Positions 17,308 through 27,553 of a stretch of DNA of 64,000 nucleotides are shown here, piece after piece. Source of the DNA: an uncultured Candidatus Saccharibacteria bacterium (GTDB lineage Bacteria; Patescibacteriota; Minisyncoccia; Phycocordibacterales; DATGWK01). Made by a program: the position numbers and the translations under genes. The DNA lies in NCBI GenBank assembly GCA_964356815.1, contig CAYHIR010000001.1, positions 32,297 through 96,296 on the forward strand, in the 5' to 3' direction. Under the pieces are notes generated by a model. The model saw nothing but the letters and a program-made list of their open reading frames with translations, was not told where the DNA came from and ran no database searches. Numbering within the stretch: the first letter of the stretch is position 1; every line of letters begins with the position of its first letter.

Positions 17308-17718
17308 CTACCGAATCACGCCGTCTGCGAATGGGCGACGATCCCAGAACCACTCGCGGACGAATCCGTCTGCGTACTTGCCATACTCCGGATCGCCACG
17401 ATCGACCACCTTGATGATCTTATCGTGAGAATCAATTTCCCGAGTAAATTCGCCGTCGACCATCGCGATCTGACCGCTAGTGGCGGCCCGCTCCGTGTAG
17501 AGCACGAAGAAGACGAGTTCTCGTTTTTCCCCATCACCAAGCTGGCGCTCGATGACAACGAAACCGCCGTCCTTTGCTCCAGCAGCAGTCAGAACTTCTG
17601 ACGTCCGAGTGATGTCGGAGACTCTGTCTTCATGATCCATTCGGAGAAGACTCACAGCCCCGTAAACGAGGAGGAGAAAAACCCCGAGGGAAACGACCGA
17701 AACGATTACCCTATTCAT
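17308..17718 (-). CDS. Hypothetical secreted/membrane-anchored protein, GC-rich codon usage
   Basis: 136 aa; N-terminal hydrophobic helix; no recognised domain. Composition differs from neighbouring genes. Confidence 0.45.
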   Translation of the reverse strand: MNRVIVSVVSLGVFLLLVYGAVSLLRMDHEDRVSDITRTSEVLTAAGAKDGGFVVIERQLGDGEKRELVFFVLYTERAATSGQIAMVDGEFTREIDSHDKIIKVVDRGDPEYGKYADGFVREWFWDRRPFADGVIR

Positions 17719-17831
17719 TAGAAACCCTTTCTCAAAGAGCCGTTACTACAAAATGGCGGAACAAACCGCTTATTTCGTAGATTAAAATCCTGTCTTATAT
17801 AATACACCAATTTACAATTTCTGTCAAGCGG

Positions 17832-20570
17832 CTACTTTGCCACCACCTCCCCAGGCATCATCGATCCTTCAATAATACTCCCCCGTCTTCCCTTCTTCAC
17901 CTCGAAAGTGAGCTCGCTTCCGGCGCTGAGAGCGCCATTTTTATCGCCACCTTTATCTGCATTCTTTAATCCCACCACCACAGAACCACCTTTTACCAAA
18001 CCCTTACTTAAGATGAGCGACGCGACGGGATTCAAAATTTTGTTTTGGATAAGACGCTTTAAAGGTCGTGCACCGTATTGCGGGTTGTAACCTTCACGGG
18101 CGAGGTAGGCCATGGCTGGTTCGGATACGTCGAGAGAAATTTCTTTTTGAGTGAGACGCTCTTTCACGAGTTCGATCTGAATGCGGACGATTTTTTCAAT
18201 CGCTTCGTGAGAAAGGACGTCGAAGGTGACGATGTCGTCGAGGCGATTGAGAAATTCTGGTTTGAAATAATCTTTGAGGCTGTTGAGCAATTTGCTTTTT
18301 ACTTCATCGTACGATTGTTTTTCGCTCGTCTCCACACCAAAGCCGATTTTTTGCATGCGATCGATGTATTGCGCGCCAACATTTGATGTCATGACGATAA
18401 TAGTATTTTTGAAATTCACCACACGGCCCTTGGCGTCGGTGAGACGGCCGTTATCGAGCACTTGGAGAAGAATGTTGAAGACCTCCGGATGAGCTTTTTC
18501 GATTTCATCGAAAAGAATCACCGCGTATGGACGATGACGCACGATCTCCGTGAGCCCACCACCTTCTTCATGGCCAATGTAACCCGGAGGCGCACCAATG
18601 AGTTTGGAAACAGAATGTTTTTCCATATATTCCGACATGTCGACACGAATAAGCGCGCGATCATCGTCGAACATAAAGTGCGCGAGAGCTTTGGTGAGCT
18701 CTGTTTTTCCTACACCAGTCGGACCAAGGAAAATAAATGAGCCGATTGGACGATTGGGATCGGAGATACCGGCGCGTGAGCGTTTTATAGTATCGGAAAT
18801 AATTTTCACGGCATTGTCTTGGCCCACTATGCGGCGCTGAAGAAATTCTTCCATGCGAGTGAGCTTCTCAGCTTCGGCTTCGAGCATGCGTGCCATTGGA
18901 ATGCCGGTCCAACGAGCCACGATCTCCGCAATGTCTGTCTCGGTAATTTCTTCACGCAAAATACTGCGCGAGCTCTGGAGTTTTTTTAATTTTTTGGTTT
19001 TTGTTTCGAGTTCTTTTTCTATCGCCGGAATTTTTCCATAGCGGATTTCGGCCACGCTCGCAAGATCTACACGGGCCTCGGCACCTTCAGCATCGAGGCG
19101 TAAACCTTCGAGCTGTTTTTTCATGTCTTTTATTTCGGCGAGCGTCTCTTTTTCGTTTTTCCATTTGAGCTCGATCTCTGATGTTTCTTCTTTCAGATCG
19201 GCAATGGCACGCTCGATTTCTTTGATGCGAGTTTTGACCTTCGGATCTTTCGAAGTTTTTACCTCCTTAGAAAGCACCTGACGCTCTATTTCGAGCTTCA
19301 TTACTTTTGAGTGAACTTCTTCAAGCACCTGCGGCATATTTTCGAGTGAAATGCGGAGGAAAGAAGAGGCTTCGTCTATAAGGTCGACAGCTTTGTCGGG
19401 CAAAAAACGATCGGTGATGTAGCGGCTGGAGAGATTGACCGCCGCGCGAATGGCTTCATCTGTAATCCGCACACCGTGATAAAGCTCATATTTTTCTTTT
19501 AAACCACGCAGAATGGTGATGGCATCTTCGATAGATGGCTCATTTACATACACGGGTTGAAAGCGACGCGTGAGCGCTGGATCTTTTTCGATGTGTTTTT
19601 GATATTCCTTTATAGTAGTGGCACCAATGGCTCGGAGCTCACCGCGCGCAAGAGAAGGCTTGAGCATATTTGATGCATCAATAGAGCCCTCAGCCGCACC
19701 AGCGCCTACGATAGTGTGTATCTCGTCTATGAAAAGAATAATTTTACCGTCGGAGCGTTCGATTTCTTTAATTATATTTTTGAGACGCTCTTCAAATTCG
19801 CCGCGATATTTTGTACCAGCGATTAAGAGGCCGAGGTCGAGCGAAACCAATTCTTTATCTTTAAGCGACTCCGGTACATCACCAAGTGCCATCTTAATAG
19901 CCAAACCTTCAGCGATCGCAGTTTTCCCCACACCAGCTTCGCCGATGAGAATCGGATTATTTTTTTTGCGACGAGAAAGAATTTGCACGATGCGAGAAAT
20001 TTCATTGTCGCGGCCAATAACCGGATCGAGTTTGTTTTCTTTCGCCATTTTTGTGAGACTGCGCGTATATTTGGCGATTGATTTCATTTTCTTTGGCGCC
20101 TGCACGTCAGCCGTTGAGCTATGTTTGAGTTCGTCGAGAATTTTGAGAACACTCGCTTTGTCTATTTTGAATCGTGCTAAGAGCTCGCGAGCCGCGCCTG
20201 GCGCTTCAATCACCGACACAAAAAGATGCTCCGTGGAAACAAATTCGTCGCCTAAGCTCGTAGCGATTTTTGTACTGCCTTCAATGGCCTGCGCGAGTTC
20301 GGGGGTGAGATAAATCTGATACGAAGGCGAGAGTGTAGTACTTCCCTCCGGACCTTCAATAGACTCGAGAATAGAATCGGTGAGAAGAATGGAATCGATT
20401 TCCATTCTGTCTAAAATAGAAGTCACCATACTTTCTTCTTGCAAAATAAGTGCCGCGAGCAGATGAAGAGGGTTGACATGATTTTGACCACGCTCAATAG
20501 CCAGCTCATGCGCCTTGCGAATAGCCTCTTTGGCTTTGGTTGTGAAATGATTGAATGGGGGCATTGCCAT
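17832..20570 (-). CDS. clpB: ATP-dependent chaperone ClpB (two AAA+ modules, middle coiled-coil, extended C-terminus)
   Basis: 912 aa; Clp N domain, Walker [10 protein letters not shown] and GPTGVGKTE, coiled-coil M-domain. Confidence 0.9.
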   Translation of the reverse strand: MAMPPFNHFTTKAKEAIRKAHELAIERGQNHVNPLHLLAALILQEESMVTSILDRMEIDSILLTDSILESIEGPEGSTTLSPSYQIYLTPELAQAIEGSTKIATSLGDEFVSTEHLFVSVIEAPGAARELLARFKIDKASVLKILDELKHSSTADVQAPKKMKSIAKYTRSLTKMAKENKLDPVIGRDNEISRIVQILSRRKKNNPILIGEAGVGKTAIAEGLAIKMALGDVPESLKDKELVSLDLGLLIAGTKYRGEFEERLKNIIKEIERSDGKIILFIDEIHTIVGAGAAEGSIDASNMLKPSLARGELRAIGATTIKEYQKHIEKDPALTRRFQPVYVNEPSIEDAITILRGLKEKYELYHGVRITDEAIRAAVNLSSRYITDRFLPDKAVDLIDEASSFLRISLENMPQVLEEVHSKVMKLEIERQVLSKEVKTSKDPKVKTRIKEIERAIADLKEETSEIELKWKNEKETLAEIKDMKKQLEGLRLDAEGAEARVDLASVAEIRYGKIPAIEKELETKTKKLKKLQSSRSILREEITETDIAEIVARWTGIPMARMLEAEAEKLTRMEEFLQRRIVGQDNAVKIISDTIKRSRAGISDPNRPIGSFIFLGPTGVGKTELTKALAHFMFDDDRALIRVDMSEYMEKHSVSKLIGAPPGYIGHEEGGGLTEIVRHRPYAVILFDEIEKAHPEVFNILLQVLDNGRLTDAKGRVVNFKNTIIVMTSNVGAQYIDRMQKIGFGVETSEKQSYDEVKSKLLNSLKDYFKPEFLNRLDDIVTFDVLSHEAIEKIVRIQIELVKERLTQKEISLDVSEPAMAYLAREGYNPQYGARPLKRLIQNKILNPVASLILSKGLVKGGSVVVGLKNADKGGDKNGALSAGSELTFEVKKGRRGSIIEGSMMPGEVVAK

Positions 20571-20597
20571 AATTTTGTTTTTTATTTTTACGAAAAA

Positions 20598-21473
20598 TTA
20601 ACGCGCTTTTGACGACTCAAAGAATTTGGTGCCAGCCGTGCGAATCATGTTGAACGGTGTAAATTGATCTGGAATTGAAGGTGCGTCTGGTCGCCAAATT
20701 TCTACACCTACGAGCTCGCCGTTTAGATTGAGCAGAAGCGCGCCGGAAATTTCGTCTTTAAGTGAGCTTTCTGTTTGGATTATGACCACAGACTTGCTCG
20801 ATGTAGCCACAGAAGTGTCGGAAAAATTGAGAAAACTCACGCGGCCGATTGCCACCTGGCTTTGAGCTTTACCGCCGAGGGCGATTATCGTTTGGCCAAG
20901 CTGAAGTGTGTCGGAACTTGCGGTGACTGCTGGGAAAAACGCATAATCAGCATCTTTATTTTCTCTAATTGTTTCAAGATAAGCAGAATTTGGAATATTG
21001 CCTGCAAAATTTGATGCGGAAGGCAAACTCGAAGATACAAGCTTTACTGGAAACTGGCGACCGTCGTGGAATGTGGCGACGAAAGAACTGCCATCAGTAA
21101 TAGCCCGACGATCGACTAAAATATTACCGTTGGTGGAAACTACTAGGCCGAGAGCCACAGTATTTTGCGCGCCACTCGAGCCGGTGCCACCCGAAGCCTG
21201 AGCAATGCGCACCAAACTCTTTTCGTTCTTCTTTATTGAGTCAATTACTAGATCTTCTTCTTTCACAACGACAGTCACCTCTTTTACCGTCTCACGGGAA
21301 GGCCCGGGCACGACTCTTTCCACCGTCCTTTCGACGACTTGATTGATGGTCTGAGTAACTCCTGGTGGTGCTTCTTGAAGTAGTGAGACGGTAATGATGC
21401 CAGTACCGATAGATGTAACGAAGCTCACCAATACACACAGAAGTACTGTTTGAGTTCTGGTTAGTTCCTCCAT
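20598..21473 (-). CDS. Trypsin-like (HtrA/S1C-like) serine protease, membrane anchored, apparently without PDZ domain
   Basis: Start set at the ATG at 21473 (MEELTRT..., TM helix); the ORF-track start at 21584 is TTG. S1-like segments (HDGRQ, DADYAFF, EISGALLLNLNGELVGV). Confidence 0.5.
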   Translation of the reverse strand: MEELTRTQTVLLCVLVSFVTSIGTGIITVSLLQEAPPGVTQTINQVVERTVERVVPGPSRETVKEVTVVVKEEDLVIDSIKKNEKSLVRIAQASGGTGSSGAQNTVALGLVVSTNGNILVDRRAITDGSSFVATFHDGRQFPVKLVSSSLPSASNFAGNIPNSAYLETIRENKDADYAFFPAVTASSDTLQLGQTIIALGGKAQSQVAIGRVSFLNFSDTSVATSSKSVVIIQTESSLKDEISGALLLNLNGELVGVEIWRPDAPSIPDQFTPFNMIRTAGTKFFESSKAR

Positions 21474-21539
21474 TGGCAATATAATACCGCGAAAAAATCT
21501 TTTTGCAAATAATGCGTAAAATATGTATAATTTTTCTCT

Positions 21540-22055
21540 ATGTTGGACTTTTTGAACTATTTTGCATCGTCGGAAATGCCTCAATTTCTTCCCCTCGCTG
21601 TCATCTTGGTGATTCTCATAATCATCGTTTTAATATTTTGGATTATCGCTTTGGAAAGACGAATCAATCGTCTGCTCGGTAGTGGCGGCGCAAAAACAAT
21701 AGAAGAATCGGCCAAACAACAATTTGCCCGCCTTTCTGCGCTGGAAAAATTCCAAATCGAGACCGTGCGATATTTACGAACCATAGAAATGCGCGTCCGC
21801 CGAAGCATTCAGGCAAGCGAGACGATCCGCTTCAATCCTTTTAAGGGCAACGGTGAAGGCGGCAATCAAAGTTTCGCCACTTCTTTTCTTAGCGAAAACG
21901 GCGACGGTGTGGTAATCTCGAGCCTCTACAGCCGCGACCGCGTAAGCGTCTTTTCTAAGCCAATCAAGGGCTTCAAACCAACATTTGAGCTTTCCGAGGA
22001 AGAAGCCGAAGCTTTGAGCAAAACGGGCGCAGAGGTGAAGAAAAGAACCGAGTAA
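21540..22055 (+). CDS. DUF4446-like membrane-anchored protein
   Basis: 171 aa; N-terminal TM; RFNPFKGNGEGGNQSFATSFLSENGDGVVISSLYSRDRVSVFSKPI resembles the DUF4446 signature. TATAAT box 11 nt before the ATG; alternative ATG at 21576. Confidence 0.45.
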   Translation: MLDFLNYFASSEMPQFLPLAVILVILIIIVLIFWIIALERRINRLLGSGGAKTIEESAKQQFARLSALEKFQIETVRYLRTIEMRVRRSIQASETIRFNPFKGNGEGGNQSFATSFLSENGDGVVISSLYSRDRVSVFSKPIKGFKPTFELSEEEAEALSKTGAEVKKRTE

Positions 22056-22104
22056 AACCGCCTGCGAATGAGCCGACCGAGAATGAGCCAACAAAAAAAC
22101 ATTC

Positions 22105-23694
22105 ATGAAATCTTCGACGCCAAAAAACAATCCTACTTCAACTCGCGCGGCGGCTGGCACAGCGGCGGGACTTTCGTCGCGCCCGCCGATCGTGGTGGTC
22201 ATGGGTCATATTGATCACGGCAAATCCACTCTTCTCGATTACATTCGCAAAACCAATACCACAGATAAAGAAGCCGGCGGCATTACTCAGCATGTGTCGG
22301 CCTACGAAGCTCTGCACACCACTGCCGACGGCGTGGAGCATGCCATCACTTTTCTCGATACGCCCGGCCACGAAGCCTTTCAAGCTCTCCGCACCCGCGG
22401 TGCACGCGTGGCCGACATAGCAATTCTTGTCGTTTCTGCTGAAGACGGTGTGAAGCCGCAGACAGTGGAGGCCTACAAAGCTATCAGCGAAGGTGGCATT
22501 CCATACATCGTTGCTATCAATAAAATAGACAGACCGGGCGCCAATATAGACCGCGCAAAACAAAGCCTCGCTGAAAACGAAATATACGTCGAAGGCTACG
22601 GCGGCACAATTCCCACCGTGCCAATTTCCGCCAAGACCGGTGAAGGTGTGCCCGAACTTTTGGAAATGATCGAACTCGTTTCTAGCCTCGCCGAACTCAA
22701 AGCCGACCACTCGCCGCTCGCTGAAGGCATTGCCGTAGAAAGCAATCTAGATCCCAAAAAAGGCATTGCCGCTGTAGTAATAATTAAAAACGGCACACTG
22801 AAGAGCGGAACTTTCATCGCCGCGGGCTCTGCCATCGCACCTGTGCGCATGATGGAAAACACTCTTGGCAAAAATATTAGTGAAGTCACATTCTCTAGCC
22901 CAGTGAAAATTTTCGGTTGGAGCGAACTCGTAGCCGCCGGCTCACCTTTCAAAACTTTTGAAAACAAAAAAGAAGCGATTGAATTTGCGGAGAAAAATGC
23001 CGCAGAAAAGGCGGGTGCAAAAACAGCAGAAAAAAATGCGGAGCGAACGGCCACCGCCGTCACACCACTCGCCCCAGAAATTCCAACGGTCAACTTCCCC
23101 CTCGTCATCAAAGCCGACACTACCGGCACACTCGAAGCCATCAATTATGAAATTGCTAAAATAAAAAAAGATGAGCGCGTTACGATAAAAGTTTTGAGTC
23201 AAGGTCTCGGTGCCATTGGCGAAGGCGACGTGAAGCTCGCAAGCACAGACAAAAGCGCAGCGGTGCTTGGGTTTAACGTCAAAACCGACAATCAAGCGCA
23301 GAGCTTAGCCGAACGCGACAGTGTGCCGATAAAAGTTTTTTCAATTATTTACGAACTCAAAGATTGGATCGAAGCCGAACTCTCCACTCGCACACCAAAA
23401 ACCAAAACTGAAGAAATCACTGGCAAAGCGCGCATCCTGAAAATCTTTAGCAAAACAAAAGACAGGCAGATTGTGGGCGGCAAAGTTGATCAAGGATTTT
23501 TGGCGCTCGGTGAACATGTAAAAATCGTCCGCCGCGAAAGCGACATCGGCACCGGCCGCATCCGTGAACTCCAACAGCAAAAACAATCGGCAAAAGAAAT
23601 TAAAGAAGGTACAGAATTTGGCGCCCTCGTCGAATCAAAAATTGAAATCGCTAGCGGCGATGTGTTAGTGTCGTTTACGATTGTGGAGAAATAA
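22105..23694 (+). CDS. infB: Translation initiation factor IF-2 (short form)
   Basis: 529 aa; G-domain GHIDHGKST, DTPGHEAF, NKID; C-terminal beta-barrel domains. Confidence 0.9.
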   Translation: MKSSTPKNNPTSTRAAAGTAAGLSSRPPIVVVMGHIDHGKSTLLDYIRKTNTTDKEAGGITQHVSAYEALHTTADGVEHAITFLDTPGHEAFQALRTRGARVADIAILVVSAEDGVKPQTVEAYKAISEGGIPYIVAINKIDRPGANIDRAKQSLAENEIYVEGYGGTIPTVPISAKTGEGVPELLEMIELVSSLAELKADHSPLAEGIAVESNLDPKKGIAAVVIIKNGTLKSGTFIAAGSAIAPVRMMENTLGKNISEVTFSSPVKIFGWSELVAAGSPFKTFENKKEAIEFAEKNAAEKAGAKTAEKNAERTATAVTPLAPEIPTVNFPLVIKADTTGTLEAINYEIAKIKKDERVTIKVLSQGLGAIGEGDVKLASTDKSAAVLGFNVKTDNQAQSLAERDSVPIKVFSIIYELKDWIEAELSTRTPKTKTEEITGKARILKIFSKTKDRQIVGGKVDQGFLALGEHVKIVRRESDIGTGRIRELQQQKQSAKEIKEGTEFGALVESKIEIASGDVLVSFTIVEK

Positions 23695-23708
23695 CGGCGA
23701 AAAATTTT

Positions 23709-24026
23709 ATGAAATTCCGAGACGAAAAAGTTGAATCAGCGATAATGAGGCTTTCCGCCGAGTTTATTCGTCGTGAAGCTGGCCCAGCGTCGCTCATTAC
23801 CGTGACCGGCGTCCATTTTGAAGATCGGGCCAATCGCGCAAAAATAATGATTACTGTTCTGCCTGATGAAGCCGAAACTCGTGCCCTCGAATTTCTCAAT
23901 CGCCAACGCGGCGAACTCGCTGATTTCATCCGAGACAATATCCGCATGCGATCTGTCCCCTTACTTTCTTTCTCTCTCGACATCGGCGAAAGAAATCGTC
24001 AACGCATAGATGAACTCGGCGCGTAA
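23709..24026 (+). CDS. rbfA: Ribosome-binding factor A
   Basis: 105 aa; KH-like RbfA pattern; conserved infB-rbfA order. Confidence 0.85.
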   Translation: MKFRDEKVESAIMRLSAEFIRREAGPASLITVTGVHFEDRANRAKIMITVLPDEAETRALEFLNRQRGELADFIRDNIRMRSVPLLSFSLDIGERNRQRIDELGA

Positions 24027-24161
24027 CGCATAGCGGTGCGGCGACACTCGCGCGCCAGCACACGCGTAGCGTCGGCGGCTTTATTGGTGTATATTTTGCT
24101 TAGGCGGCGGCCAGCTTGGCCGAGGAAACGGCCGAAGGGGTGACGGGAGCTGACCGAAAAC

Positions 24162-24235
24162 GGCGTAGTGGCGAAGTTGGTCAACGCGGCAGTCTGCAAA
24201 ACTGCTATGCGCCGGTTCGATTCCGGCCTACGCCT
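24162..24235 (+). tRNA. tRNA-Cys (anticodon GCA)
   Basis: Acceptor GGCGTAG/CTACGCC; anticodon stem GCAGT/ACTGC with loop CTGCAAA; T-arm CCGGTTCGATTCCGG. Confidence 0.8.
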
Positions 24236-24249
24236 TAGAAAGACGAAAT

Positions 24250-24333
24250 GCCCGGGTGATGAAATTGGTAAACATGCAACACTTAAAATGTTGTGAGCGA
24301 AAGCTCTTGCCGGTTCGATTCCGGCCCTGGGCA
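24250..24333 (+). tRNA. tRNA-Leu (anticodon TAA)
   Basis: Acceptor GCCCGGG/CCTGGGC; anticodon stem CAACA/TGTTG with loop CTTAAAA; long variable arm; T-arm GCCGGTTCGATTCCGGC. Confidence 0.8.
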
Positions 24334-24387
24334 CAAATTAAAAGAGCGAAGTTTGACATATATATCTAGTATATATAAGATATATGC

Positions 24388-24663
24388 ATGACTACGCAAG
24401 TAATATTCAACATCGATAAAAAGCTCAAGGACAAAGCGATGAAAAAAGCTCAGAGTGAAGGCATGCCATTTGGAGTTGTTCTTAAGCTTGCCACCAAAGC
24501 TTTCGTTGATGGCACCCTTGGAATCAGACTCGTCTCTAGCGAATCCTTCAATCCAGCGACCAGAAAAGCCGTTGACGAAATGATCAAGGATGTTAAAACG
24601 GGCAAAAACCTATCTCCTCGCCTTCGTACGGCAAAAGAAGCAGTGGCTTATCTAAGGGGCTAA
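24388..24663 (+). CDS. Type II antitoxin, RelB/DinJ-like ribbon-helix-helix family
   Basis: 91 aa; N-terminal RHH pattern (VIFNIDKKLKDKAMKKAQSEGM...VVLKLATKAFVD); AT-rich near-palindromic sequence upstream; 50 nt before the toxin gene. Confidence 0.6.
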   Translation: MTTQVIFNIDKKLKDKAMKKAQSEGMPFGVVLKLATKAFVDGTLGIRLVSSESFNPATRKAVDEMIKDVKTGKNLSPRLRTAKEAVAYLRG

Positions 24664-24713
24664 GTTGAAGATAACTTAAATATTTCTTGATCTAAGAATG
24701 GCAATGTTTTGCC

Positions 24714-25142
24714 ATGGATAACACAGAAAAAGACTTTGACAGATGGGGTTTAGAGAAAAAATATACTCATACTTATTACAGGAAAATAATTTTTTACGAA
24801 CGAGAAATTTGGTGGGCAAAAATCGGTGTGAACGTAGGAGTAGAAATTGACGGAAAACATGAGCTTTTTCTTCGGCCTGTAGTTTTATTAAAAAAATTTA
24901 ATAAACATATGGTTTTGATCGTGCCAACCACAGGCAAAGAAATACAGGATGAATATCACATTCCTGTTTCAGGAGAAGACGGTAAAATCTACCATGTTTG
25001 TATTTCCCAAATTCGAACCATTAGTACGAAGAGGTTATTTAGAAGAGTGGGTAAAACAGATAAAGAAAGTTTTACATTGCTTATTAGCGCAACCTTAGAG
25101 ATGATTAGAAAAAATACCGTGAACAACGAAACCCCGCATTAA
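24714..25142 (+). CDS. MazF/PemK-family endoribonuclease toxin
   Basis: 142 aa; REIWWAKIGVNVGVEIDGKHELFLRPVVLLKK...LIVPTTGK...ISQIRTISTKRL matches the PemK/MazF SH3-like barrel signature. Hairpin terminator at about 25127..25160. Confidence 0.7.
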   Translation: MDNTEKDFDRWGLEKKYTHTYYRKIIFYEREIWWAKIGVNVGVEIDGKHELFLRPVVLLKKFNKHMVLIVPTTGKEIQDEYHIPVSGEDGKIYHVCISQIRTISTKRLFRRVGKTDKESFTLLISATLEMIRKNTVNNETPH

Positions 25143-25283
25143 GCGGGGTTTCTCGGATGGTCATCGAACCTAGAATATTATTAGGCCGAAACCGATAATG
25201 TACTAAATACTAGCAAACCCTCGGCAAAAAACAAGTTCAAAAAGCTCGAATTTTATGCTCTGATGTGATAATCTGAAATTTCT

Positions 25284-25345
25284 CCCACCCATAGCTGTTT
25301 TGGTAGAAATCAGCAAGTTCCCACCCATAGCTGTTTTGGTAGAAT
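25284..25345 (+). repeat. Two tandem degenerate copies of the tRNA-Lys 5' half (CCCACCCATAGCTGTTTTGGTAGAA), 36–41 bp period, immediately upstream of the tRNA-Lys gene
   Basis: 25284..25308 and 25320..25345 match tRNA-Lys positions 1-24 except that CAGTTGG is replaced by GTTTTGG. Confidence 0.7.
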
Positions 25346-25361
25346 TACAGAAAATTAATAT

Positions 25362-25434
25362 CCACCCATAGCTCAGTTGGTAGAGCAGGTGCCTCTTAAG
25401 CACTTGGTCGCAGGTTCGAGTCCTGCTGGGTGGA
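25362..25434 (+). tRNA. tRNA-Lys (anticodon CTT)
   Basis: Acceptor CCACCCA/TGGGTGG; D-arm AGCTCAGTTGGTAGAGC; anticodon stem GGTGC/GCACT with loop CTCTTAA; T-arm GCAGGTTCGAGTCCTGC. Confidence 0.8.
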
Positions 25435-25589
25435 CACGAGGTAATTTGTGCTCATAATCTCAAAAAGATAAACGAGTGGCCGCCCAGAGAACATGCCTTG
25501 AGGCATGTGCGTCAGGACGAGAAAGGCTTTTCGTTATCGAGCGAGCCTTTGGCGAAGCGAGATCGAAAAGCACCTGCGGCGGTAGCCGA

Positions 25590-25607
25590 GAGTCCTGCTG
25601 GGTGGAC
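25590..25607 (+). repeat. 18-nt direct repeat of the tRNA-Lys 3' end (GAGTCCTGCTGGGTGGAC), att-site-like
   Basis: Exact copy of 25418..25435, located 155 bp downstream of the tRNA. Confidence 0.65.
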
Positions 25608-25643
25608 CGCAGAAAAAATGTTAGGATAGCGAAACACCTCAAT

Positions 25644-25725
25644 GCCGAGGTGGCGAAATTGGTAGACGCACTTGCCTTAGGAGCAAGCGGGGTAACCCAT
25701 GGAGGTTCGAGTCCTCTCCTCGGCA
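25644..25725 (+). tRNA. tRNA-Leu (anticodon TAG)
   Basis: Acceptor GCCGAGG/CCTCGGC; anticodon stem CTTGC/GCAAG with loop CTTAGGA; long variable arm; T-arm GGAGGTTCGAGTCCTCT. Confidence 0.8.
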
Positions 25726-25762
25726 CATTTAGAAACATTTAAAATAGACTTTAATAAACTTT

Positions 25763-25999
25763 TTATCTCTTCTTGGTTGTACGTGCCATTCGTTCCAAAT
25801 CTCTCTGAAGGTTCTGCAACTCTCCGTTGTTGTGAGCCATTTCCGCGCGCGCCCGACTTATTTCGCCATCCAACCTTCTCATCTCGTTTTCCCTTTCTGC
25901 CAATTCCCGCTTTTCTTTTTCAATTTCCAACTTTAATCTCCTGTGTTCAGACTCCTTTGTTTCAACAATTCTTGCCTCTTTTTCAACTTCTTTTTTCAA
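25763..25999 (-). CDS. Small charged coiled-coil hypothetical protein
   Basis: 78 aa, Glu/Arg/Lys-rich heptad-like sequence. May be spurious. Confidence 0.3.
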   Translation of the reverse strand: MKKEVEKEARIVETKESEHRRLKLEIEKEKRELAERENEMRRLDGEISRARAEMAHNNGELQNLQRDLERMARTTKKR

Positions 26000-26137
26000 A
26001 TCGCCGATTCGTGATGAAATTTCAATTGTCTTGTGTTTTAACGAATTAATTAATGACTAACAGTGAGTTCATTATAACGCACTCTTCGGCGACAAACCGT
26101 CCAAGCTATTGAACCATTACGTTGCGCTTGACAATTC

Positions 26138-26166
26138 CTTATAGACTGATATAATCCCGAGCGGAA
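26138..26166 (+). promoter_or_regulatory. Strong sigma70-like promoter (TTGACA-16nt-TATAAT) with ~85 nt 5' UTR containing a perfect 8-bp hairpin (GGATTTCA/TGAAATCC)
   Basis: Direct reading: ttgacaattccttatagactgatataat. AAGGAG RBS 8 nt before the ATG at 26256. Confidence 0.55.
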
Positions 26167-26255
26167 CTAGATCTTGGATTTCAATGTGAAATCCGGTGGT
26201 TCTGTGGAGTTCGTTGACACTGTGGTAAAACTACAAAAACAAAAGGAGTCATCTG

Positions 26256-27410
26256 ATGTTGTTCAATATCATAGAGACAGTGGCTCTTGCCATTGTTGTC
26301 GTCCTCATTCCGATCATCTTGTACAGAGCAAGAGAAAACAACCAACAAGCCACTTCAGTCAAAGAAGGAACCATGAAGTTCAAGGTGGCTGGTGGAGAAC
26401 TGGTCGAGATCATTCCCAATGTTCCCGGCTATGTCTTGGTGCGAGATGAAAATGGTTTCGATATTCTGATGCCTGAAGACAAGGCCAGGGCCGAAGGAGA
26501 GGAAATTCTGAGAAGCGGACCGATCGCCCGATGGTTCCAAAAAAAGTTTGGATTCTGGTGGGTTAGTATCTTCTACCCCGCTATCAAGATTCACAGATTC
26601 GAGATCTTCAAATCAAGACTCACCACCGGCAAAAAAGTTGCTGGTGATGGTGCTGAGAACAGATCTATCCTCGATGTCATAGAGGATGAAGACGAGCCGT
26701 CTCTGGTGCACGAACTTCGCTGGCGATTCCCAATGCCAGTCGGTATCGCTGGAGTCGAATCAAAAGATCGACTCCGTATCGACATCCTCCTTCTTTGTAC
26801 ATTCCAAGTGATCATGCCTGCGATACCCATCTTCATCTTCAACGCCGACTTTTTCAAAATCCTCCGCGCGGCGGTGTCAGCGGCGGTGATAAATGAGGTC
26901 AGGTCAATGCACTACACCAGCCGAGATGACGTGGAAGGCTTCGTTGACATGAAAAAAGGATCTGGTTCACCCTTCATCCTCGAAATTATCAGGGCCGTAA
27001 ACGAAGAGGGTGCTGTTGCAAGCCCTCCCGTACCAGGAGTACCCAAAGCACCTGAAGGAATCGAGCAGGGCTTAGGAATCAGGATGATCGACTGCCGTAT
27101 GGAAAACTACGCTCTGGCCGAAGCCAAAGAAATCCTTGCGGCCACTCTAGCTCTTGAAAGAGCTAGACTCGAAGGCGAAGCCGCTGTGCAAAAATCACTG
27201 AAAGATCTGGCCGTTGCCAAAAACAAAGCGGAAGGTGACGCAGCTAGAGTCAAGGCTCTGGTTGCCGAATACGGCTCACCAGAACTTGCCAGCAGACAAG
27301 TCTGGGCTGAACAACATGGAAGTTTGACTACCATTGTGAACGGTGGAGCGACCGCACTAAACATTGATGGAAAAGACAAGAAACCACTAATTCCCCCGAC
27401 CACACCCTGA
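26256..27410 (+). CDS. SPFH/band-7 (stomatin/HflC-like) domain membrane protein
   Basis: 384 aa; N-terminal TM; C-terminal Ala/Glu-rich coiled-coil typical of band-7 proteins (AEAKEILAATLALERARLEGEAAVQK...AEGDAARVKA). GC-rich. Terminator hairpin at 27430..27460. Confidence 0.6.
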   Translation: MLFNIIETVALAIVVVLIPIILYRARENNQQATSVKEGTMKFKVAGGELVEIIPNVPGYVLVRDENGFDILMPEDKARAEGEEILRSGPIARWFQKKFGFWWVSIFYPAIKIHRFEIFKSRLTTGKKVAGDGAENRSILDVIEDEDEPSLVHELRWRFPMPVGIAGVESKDRLRIDILLLCTFQVIMPAIPIFIFNADFFKILRAAVSAAVINEVRSMHYTSRDDVEGFVDMKKGSGSPFILEIIRAVNEEGAVASPPVPGVPKAPEGIEQGLGIRMIDCRMENYALAEAKEILAATLALERARLEGEAAVQKSLKDLAVAKNKAEGDAARVKALVAEYGSPELASRQVWAEQHGSLTTIVNGGATALNIDGKDKKPLIPPTTP

Positions 27411-27553
27411 GCTCAACAAGCTCAACCGACCAGCACTACGGAGTGCTGGTTTTTTGTTGACAAATTTTACAAACATGATACAATCCTAAAGGATACTGAT
27501 GCGAGTGAGTAGCTCGTTGAAAACAAACATCGAAAAACAAACGGAGGTAAAAA

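Noticed and set aside
19618-20313. 231-aa plus-strand ORF
   Set aside because: Antisense shadow ORF inside clpB.
23999-24334. ORF 111 aa (minus) and similar ORFs at 25203..25403 and 25460..25738
   Set aside because: They are antisense read-throughs of tRNA genes (the characteristic GIEP/GLEP translation of T-arms). They are not genes.
25284-25345. CRISPR-like array (regularly spaced ~25-nt repeats with 11–16 nt spacers)
   Set aside because: Only two units plus the real tRNA. The repeats are copies of the tRNA-Lys 5' half, the spacers are too short, and no cas genes are present.
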